NCBI RefSeq assembly: GCF_001194135.2
Contig: NC_069007.1
Location: forward strand, 22,436,599 to 22,500,598
Length of the DNA stretch: 64,000 bases
Source: Octopus bimaculoides
Lineage: Eukaryota
Direction of reading: 5' to 3'
The position numbers and the translations under genes are program-made. The notes beneath the pieces were generated by a model. The model did no database searches. It had not been told where the DNA came from and saw nothing but the letters and a program-made list of their open reading frames with translations. Positions 56,780 to 64,000 of this stretch are shown here, in pieces (the first letter of the stretch is position 1; every line of letters starts with the position of its first letter).

Positions 56780-57363
56780 TTTTATCAAAACGTAAACATC
56801 GCACCATGAATGGAACGTCAGTTTCTTCTCAACTGACGCAAGAAGGGTTTGACAATTGTTTTCCTTTCACTTTCTTTTGCGTATGGAAGGGGAAACACAC
56901 GACCCCTTTTTTATAGCGCCTCCGAGAGACTGGTGGGAGGTAGAAAAGTTTCTTTAAATTGGAGATCTAGTTCAGATGTTTGCAACAGAAAGGACTCCGC
57001 TGAAGGCATCCAAGATAGTGGTGCAAAACGCGAACGAAGTGTGTGTACCGCTTTGGAAAGATCTCCTACGCAGTCTTCGCTAGAGAGACGTGTTTATGTA
57101 TGTAGTATAAGGTATGTGCGCGCGCACAAAAGGTGCTGTTGTAGTGGTAGGGGTGGTTGTTGCGTTTCGGAGGGTGGGGGTGGGGGCTATAATTGTGTGT
57201 TCGACTGACGTCTATGTTCTGTGAGTGGTCGCTAGCTGCGCGTGGTGAGTTGGATCCAGTCTCTCTTAAAAGCTCCCCCCGCAGCCCATTACGGTGCTTT
57301 GTTCCAATGACAGTGATGTCACGCTTTCTTGCCGGCCAGATTTTCTCTCGTTTTATGAGAAAG
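56780..57363 (+). promoter_or_regulatory. CpG-rich putative promoter / first-exon region of a third gene
   Basis: Non-repetitive and CpG-rich, with several strong donors (AAG|GTATGT near 57111, GTG|GTGAGT near 57245, AAG|GTAAAA after 57363). Confidence 0.4.
57307..57363 (+). CDS. Candidate first coding segment MTVMSRFLAGQIFSRFMRK of an unidentified gene
   Basis: ATG 57307 to a phase-0 donor after 57363; joins in frame to 62478-62545. No homology recognised. Confidence 0.25.
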
Positions 57364-58915
57364 GTAAAATGTCTTTTTTTTTTTGCCATTTTTTAAATTC
57401 CTCTTTCCTATTTTTTAATGTTCTTTTTCTTCACTGTTTGTAAAATAAGTATCCCTGAAGTATATCTCCTTTTAGTTGTGTGTGTGTCTACGGATGCATC
57501 GATGTGTAGTGTCTAAGAAGAATCTTTAGTGTGCTTCTTCACATTTCAAGTTGATCGATAGATCGACGCATGCATGTATATATAAATATGTGTGTGTATA
57601 TGTATGAGTATATATGTATGTGTGTGCGTGTATAAAACTGGATAAACGAAGAAAAAAATAGTGAATGTAATTTGCAATAATAGAGAAGAGAAAAGCTCGG
57701 TAGATGGAGAGACGAAAAAAGTTACACACACACACACACATATATATATATAAACGAGATAGAAATAATGTAGGAGTATCGATAAGGATATGAAGCGGGT
57801 GGATAGATGATGGTGAATTAAAAGATGGATTGATAAGGATAGAGGTTTTATCAGAGGAAAGAATCGGTGCAGCGAGACAGAAATTCTTAGCGGCATTTCT
57901 TCTTCCATTAGATTCTCGAGTTCAAATTCCGCTGAGGTCAACTTTGGGAGTCGAAGTAACCGTTTTCCCCTAAAAAAAATGCTTGTCTTGTGCCTAAATT
58001 AGAAGCAATTGTTGGCAGAGGGAAAGAATACGTACATCATCCCTTTTCGGCGTAACAAAAACCCTAAACACCGCCGGGTGTTGCGTATTCCTTACTTTCG
58101 CCCAATTATTTATTCGTTGAAAATACGGGAGTTTGGAAGTGTTCAATTTCGTGTTGAAGTATTTTTACTAAACTTGCAAGCAATCGGTCCTTGGAATAGC
58201 TCATGTAGCTTTTCAATTTAAATACATGCAGTCCAACCGCGACCATCCCAGCAGCGGTAGTGTGGTTTGAGGGAACTTGGTTAATATTACTAGCAATTTT
58301 TGCATGTGTGGTATAGATAGACTATTAGGTAGATAAACTGAAATAGTGGTATTGATGATAGACAAAGGGTGTGTGAATATAACTACACGAATGTATGTAT
58401 GATATGTGTAAGATATATGTGCCTGTATATAAATTGAAGGATGTCTAGATAGACAAGACACGGTGAGGGTGAAAGTGTTATTGATAGAATGCTGGGTATA
58501 TAGACAAAAGGTGAGACAGTGGTATGTATAGATAGATAGTATTGATTGATAGATAGGTTAATAGAGAGAGTGGGTAACAGGCAGTGATGATATGTGAATA
58601 TGTGAAAGTTTCTATAAAAAGAATCTAACCCGTCTAGTTGTCTTTTCTTTCAGATGTATATTTCGAGATCTGCCGTTCTCTAGGTTTGGATCTATGCGTG
58701 CGCGCGCATGTGTGTGTGTGTGTGTGTGTGTGTGAAATGTATTAATCCTAAGGTCTCAACTTTCTCTCTAATCTTGTATGATCGACAACAACTAAAATCC
58801 AGTTTCTGTTTCGCTCATCCTTGAATATGTTGAAAGGCATTCCATCCATGACTGCCCTGTCTCAATAGATTGGATTGCGATATGCCATGTAATCTCTGTT
58901 TTACGGTAGGTTAAA

Positions 58916-58956
<41 letters not shown>

Positions 58957-59184
58957 AATTAATTTGAAAAGCTGTAGATAAAACAACTTGTAAAAATCAC
59001 TGCATCACCGAAAAATTATAATCAATATTTATTTTTTAAATATAGAAATAAAGACGNNNNNNNNNNNNNNNNNNNNNNNNNNNNNNNNNNNNNNNNNNNN
59101 NNNNNNNNNNNNNNNNNNNNNNNNNNNNNNNNNNNNNNNNNNNNNNNNATATATATATATATATATATATATATTAACTACCTC

Positions 59185-59337
59185 GGTACTACTAAAGCAG
59201 CGCGGACCCGAACGCGCAATCGCGCATCCGCGTTAGCTAGTCTTGAGTGGTCGATCCTAACCCTATCCCTAACCCGCGTGTGCAAATGAATATGTGTTTA
59301 GGGTTAGGGTTAGGGTCCGCGTGGCTTTAGTAGTACC
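59185..59337. mobile_element. MITE (GGTACTACTAAAGC termini, telomeric repeats inside), 9-bp TSD AACTACCTC
   Basis: TSD at 59176-59184 and 59338-59346; the right TIR is internally deleted relative to the 63409 copy. Confidence 0.88.
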
Positions 59338-60541
59338 AACTACCTCTTTATAAATGTATGTACCCCACCCTCAGGTGCAGGCATGGCTGTGTGGTAAGAA
59401 TCTTGCTTCCCAATCACATGGTTCCGGGTTCAGTCCCACTGCGTGGCATCTCCGGCAAGTGTCTTCTACTATAGCCTCGGGCCGACCAAAACGTGAATGA
59501 ATTTGGTAGACGGAAACTGAAAGAAGCCCGTTGTATATATATAGATATACACATGTGTATATGTATATATTTGTGTGTGTCTGTCCCCCCCCCCGCCCAC
59601 CGACGCTTGACGTTTATATCCCCGTAACTTCGCGTAAGAATGGCCATTGTAAAGCTGATAAAACTNNNNNNNNNNNNNNNNNNNNNNNNNNNNNNNNNNN
59701 NNNNNNNNNNNNNNNNNNNNNNNNNNNNNNNNNNNNNNNNNNNNNNNNNNNNNNNNNNNNNNNNNNNNNNNNNNNNNNNNNNNNNNNNNNNNNNNNNNNN
59801 NNNNNNNNNNNNNNNNNNNNNNNNNNNNNNNNNNNNNNNNNNNNNNNNNNNNNNNNNNNNNNNNNNNNNNNNNNNNNNNNNNNNNNNNNNNNNNNNNNNN
59901 NNNNNNNNNNNNNNNNNNNNNNNNNNNNNNNNNNNNNNNNNNNNNNNNNNNNNNNNNNNNNNNNNNNNNNNNNNNNNNNNNNNNNNNNNNNNNNNNNNNN
60001 NNNNNNNNNNNNNNNNNNNNNNNNNNNNNNNNNNNNNNNNNNNNNNNNNNNNNNNNNNNNNNNNNNNNNNNNNNNNNNNNNNNNNNNNNNNNNNNNNNNN
60101 NNNNNNNNNNNNNNNNNNNNNNNNNNNNNNNNNNNNNNNNNNNNNNNNNNNNNNNNNNNNNNNNNNNNNNNNNNNNNNNNNNNNNNNNNNNNNNNNNNNN
60201 NNNNNNNNNNNNNNNNNNNNNNNNNNNNNNNNNNNNNNNNNNNNNNNNNNNNNNNNNNNNNNNNNNNNNNNNNNNNNNNNNNNNNNNNNNNNNNNNNNNN
60301 NNNNNNNNNNNNNNNNNNNNNNNNNNNNNNNNNNNNNNNNNNNNNNNNNNNNNNNNNNNNNNNNNNNNNNNNNNNNNNNNNNNNNNNNNNNNNNNNNNNN
60401 NNNNNNNNNNNNNNNNNNNNNNNNNNNNNNNNNNNNNNNNNNNNNNNNNNNNNNNNNNNNNNNNNNNNNNNNNNNNNNNNNNNNNNNNNNNNNNNNNNNN
60501 NNNNNNNNNNNNNNNNNNNNNNNNNNNNNNNNNNNNNNNNN

Positions 60542-60575
<34 letters not shown>

Positions 60576-60964
60576 GTGTATATATAATGTGTGTGTATAT
60601 ATATATATATATATTATGAGGGATACAGAGTGGGGTAGGTGGCTCGGTAAAATATGTAAAGTAGAGAGGGGATAGATGAGAGAACGAGAAGGTGAAACAG
60701 ACTGTTGAGAAGTAGATGAAATGGATAGAGGTTACTCAGCTTACGTAAATGTTCTTGATCAAACAAAAGACATACATATATACACGAAGTCTGGAACTAA
60801 GGTTGCCCGAAAAGCGTGTGTGTGGGAAGTATTTATAACATGTTATTGCTCCAAACGTGCTGTTTTCTCTTATAAAGCTATTTACTTTGTCCAAAAGAAA
60901 TGGTTTTGTCGAAATTAATTATATATATTTATACACACACACACATCTATAAGTTTCTTTCCTG

Positions 60965-61064
<100 letters not shown>

Positions 61065-61084
61065 TACACACACACACATACATT

Positions 61085-61320
61085 TAATACCTTGCCAAAA
61101 CATCCGAGGGGTCTACATGGGGTAGGGATGAATGTTTTTCAAGAAACAACTCGACCTCCTGCTGTCCAAGGTCCCAGATGAATTCACACCAAGAAACTCA
61201 AACGAGGGCAGCGATATTGAATTCCCTCCTTCTCCAAAAGGCAATCGCGTAAGAATGGCCCTTGTAAAGGCGATAACACTGGCAATACCCCAGCCTATCC
61301 AGAACCTTTAGGCTGAAACG
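61085..61320 (+). mobile_element. CR1/L2-like LINE 3' end
   Basis: [32 protein letters not shown]-like peptide; the tail cgcgtaagaatggcc..tgtaaag is repeated at 59631-59665. Confidence 0.6.
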
Positions 61321-61325
61321 AATAA

Positions 61326-61356
<31 letters not shown>

Positions 61357-62293
61357 TACGTGGGGTATCGATGTTTGTTGGTAGCGGTTGAGACGAACTG
61401 TTAAATTTATTTGTGAGTTAATTATTTGATAGATCGATAGACATTGGGAAGCACGAGATTTTTCAGGACTAATGTTTGCTGGTTGCTTGTAGACCTACTT
61501 CACGTTTTCCACTCATCGGTCTGTCTCTTTTTCTCGCACGCAAATACACATATACTTTCTTTCAGTGTTAATCAACTGATTGATCTGGTTAAAAATTAAT
61601 AATTACGAGGCAGCTGTTTTCCACTTTCTCTGAGGCATTAAGCTATTTCATTTGCCATTAATGACCTTGAGGAAAATAATATTCTATATTCATTTACCTC
61701 CATTCACTTAACAATTGGTTCTCCCCATTTTAAGTATAAAGAACCCAGACTCTGCAAGTCTCGACTTGTTCATCCAGATTTGGTTATTTCATTCAATTTA
61801 TTTCGGCAAATTCACGAAGACAATTTTGAAGGGTTACTACCTTTAATAAATGGCTGTGGTTAGTTAAGTTCATTTCATAATCACGTGGCTTGCTTCTAAA
61901 TTTGATCTCATTACGCGGGAATATCCTTTTCTACAGGCACAGGTCGACTCAACAAGCATTATCTTAGAGCGAAATTTCTATTAGCTCCAGGTCTTTCTAA
62001 CTGAGCATGCCTATAATCAAAGGCTTCTTTCTTTTTCCTTTTTAAACAGTGGTTGAATGTGATTTAGGGCAGTTTGGCTTCTATTTCTAACAGGTCGAAC
62101 GACCGTCTCGAGGCTTCCTCGTTGGCATTTTTGTTGTTAGTAAGGGCGTGGCTAGTTTAGCAGACTTAATTCTTCACTCGATCTAACACTACCTTCTGGC
62201 TCCAGTATTAGGAATGAGATTTCTGTCCGAGGAAACTCGGAGCATTCGCAAAGGTCACGGGTATTCCTCCTCTATATCTCCTTCCCGCCATAG

Positions 62294-62331
<38 letters not shown>

Positions 62332-62477
62332 ATGTTCTTTGTAGCTGTGGTTCCCCTCTTCTCTCTCTTGATTTCTTAGTTTTCTTCATTGATTAGGTTT
62401 GGTTAGTATGAATTTATAAACAGTGAACAGGCTGCTGCTTTCATATTATTTATATCTATATTTGCCTGTGTGTACAG

Positions 62478-62545
62478 GAAGAAATAAACCTCATGGTTTG
62501 CTTATCTAAAGTTACGGCAATTGTCACTGTGATGTATTATTGCAG
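62478..62545 (+). CDS. Candidate exon EEINLMVCLSKVTAIVTVMYYC of an unidentified gene
   Basis: Acceptor gtgtgtacag, donor CAG|GTAATA, 68 nt; only the phase-0 frame is open. Confidence 0.3.
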
Positions 62546-63408
62546 GTAATACTGTTAAATTAAGTGGACTAACTAATCAATTAATTGATCCATGAAGTTA
62601 GTGGATTAATTTAATGTAGTTAATGCTGAAATACCGGTGAGAAAATAGCTTCATCTTTGCCTAGAATATTTAACATCCTTTCATCTTGTTAAGTTAGCTA
62701 ACTTTCATCTCATGTCAGTTTTTCATCTCTCGCCCACGCTTAACATTTTTACTCTCTCTCTCTATATATATGTATTGTTTCTTCCATTTTTACATAGTTT
62801 TCCCTTCTCCTTGTCTCTCCCTCTTCCTCACGTTTCGTTTGCTTTATTATAGTCATTACTCTTTTGTACGGATGTCATATATATTATAGTTGTAGACACA
62901 CACACATTGGCTACAATGAACAAAAAAGTACTCTCTCTCTCTTAAGCATGTTAAGTAATAATTAATTTAATGACCTTAGGAAATGTTCGAAAACATGAAG
63001 ATTACGTGTAGACTTGGTGTATGTGCGTGTGTGTATCTTGTCTGTGAATTTCACCTTCCTCTTGCAAGGATATTCAACTTCGGTGGCGGGATTTGTAGGA
63101 GTGAATTAAATAGACTGGTGATAATGTATCAAGGCAGTACTCTACATTTTCTTTTTGTATTCACGGAGGCGGTACTCCACTTTTTATGTGTGTGTACACA
63201 CACACACACACACACACAAGCACTCACATAGCATACATACATGTACATACACTTTACCTATATTTAAACCTCACTCTAGATTGAATGTATATAAATGTCT
63301 AGTACATATATGTCAGTAAAAATCTCTCGGGCTGGTTCTATACCGTGTGTGTGTAGCTTACATAATTATTCTATGCATGTTACTCTTTCAAAACACGCAG
63401 CTCTTACG

Positions 63409-63607
63409 GGTACTACTAAAGCAGCGCGGACCCGAACGCGCAGTCGCGCGTCCGCGCTAGCTAGTCTTGAGTGGTCGATCCTAACCCTAACCCTAACCCT
63501 ATCCCTAACCCGCGTGTGCAAATGAATACGTGTTTAGGGTTAGGATCGACCACTCACGACTAGCTAGCGCGACTACGCGTTCGGGTCCGCGCTGCTTTAG
63601 TAGTACC
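63409..63607. mobile_element. MITE with long TIRs and internal (CCCTAA)n, 9-bp TSD GCTCTTACG
   Basis: TIR GGTACTACTAAAGCAGCGCGGACCCGAACGCG / CGCGTTCGGGTCCGCGCTGCTTTAGTAGTACC; TSD at 63400-63408 and 63608-63616. Confidence 0.92.
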
Positions 63608-64000
63608 GCTCTTACGGACATGTGAATACTAAATTTGTATCTAGCCATGTTATATAACTCGTGGATAATTTGTGCGTATATGTGTGTACTTTATGTAGAT
63701 GTTTATAATTGGATAGGCTTATGCATATATGTGTGTATCCACATACGCATACTCAGCGATTTCAATCGCACACTAATATGGAAAAACTGACACTGGTAAT
63801 TTCCAGACAAATAAGTAGCCCCCCTCCCACTTTGGATTCCTGTTTTCGACAGGGAAAGTTCCAAATTTAGAAAGTTATTTTGATTTTAACGTTTTTACGA
63901 GGAAAAGAAGAAAAGAAATAGAGTTTCTGGTTAGCTCTCACTATCGACAAGGAATTAGGAAGATTCAAAAAAAAAAAAAAAATTCCTGTTTTGTACAACC

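Overview
AT-rich, microsatellite- and retroposon-dense eukaryotic genomic DNA with nine N-gaps. The repeat families and gene structure look like a coleoid cephalopod (Octopus-like) genome; this is inference from recalled repeat families. Two protein-coding genes can be reconstructed exon by exon. (1) On the minus strand is the 5' half of calaxin/EFCAB1 (CDS exons 2057-2021, 1327-1196, 709-605 and 29-<1), with a near-perfect RFX X-box at 3323-3335. (2) On the plus strand, head-to-head with it, is a 13-exon glycylpeptide N-myristoyltransferase gene (ATG 8624, 537 codons, ending VGLVLQ with the stop codon truncated by a gap at 38401). A CpG-rich region at about 56.8-57.4 kb plus an exon-like segment at 62478-62545 may be the 5' end of a third plus-strand gene. 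The rest is transposon debris: tRNA-SINE families (some in head-to-tail arrays), RTE, R4/Dong, CR1 and Penelope remnants, Tc1/mariner and Helitron remnants, and MITEs. There is also a degenerate 5S rRNA copy, a G-poor minisatellite and several hairpins. I see no clear new multi-gene system. The best leads are a telomere-repeat-bearing MITE family with 9-bp TSDs, a pre-miRNA-sized hairpin, a 5S/SINE fusion, a decoy copy of the NMT exon-10 start, an overlapping uORF on NMT, and a CpG-decay domain extending about 16 kb past the NMT stop.
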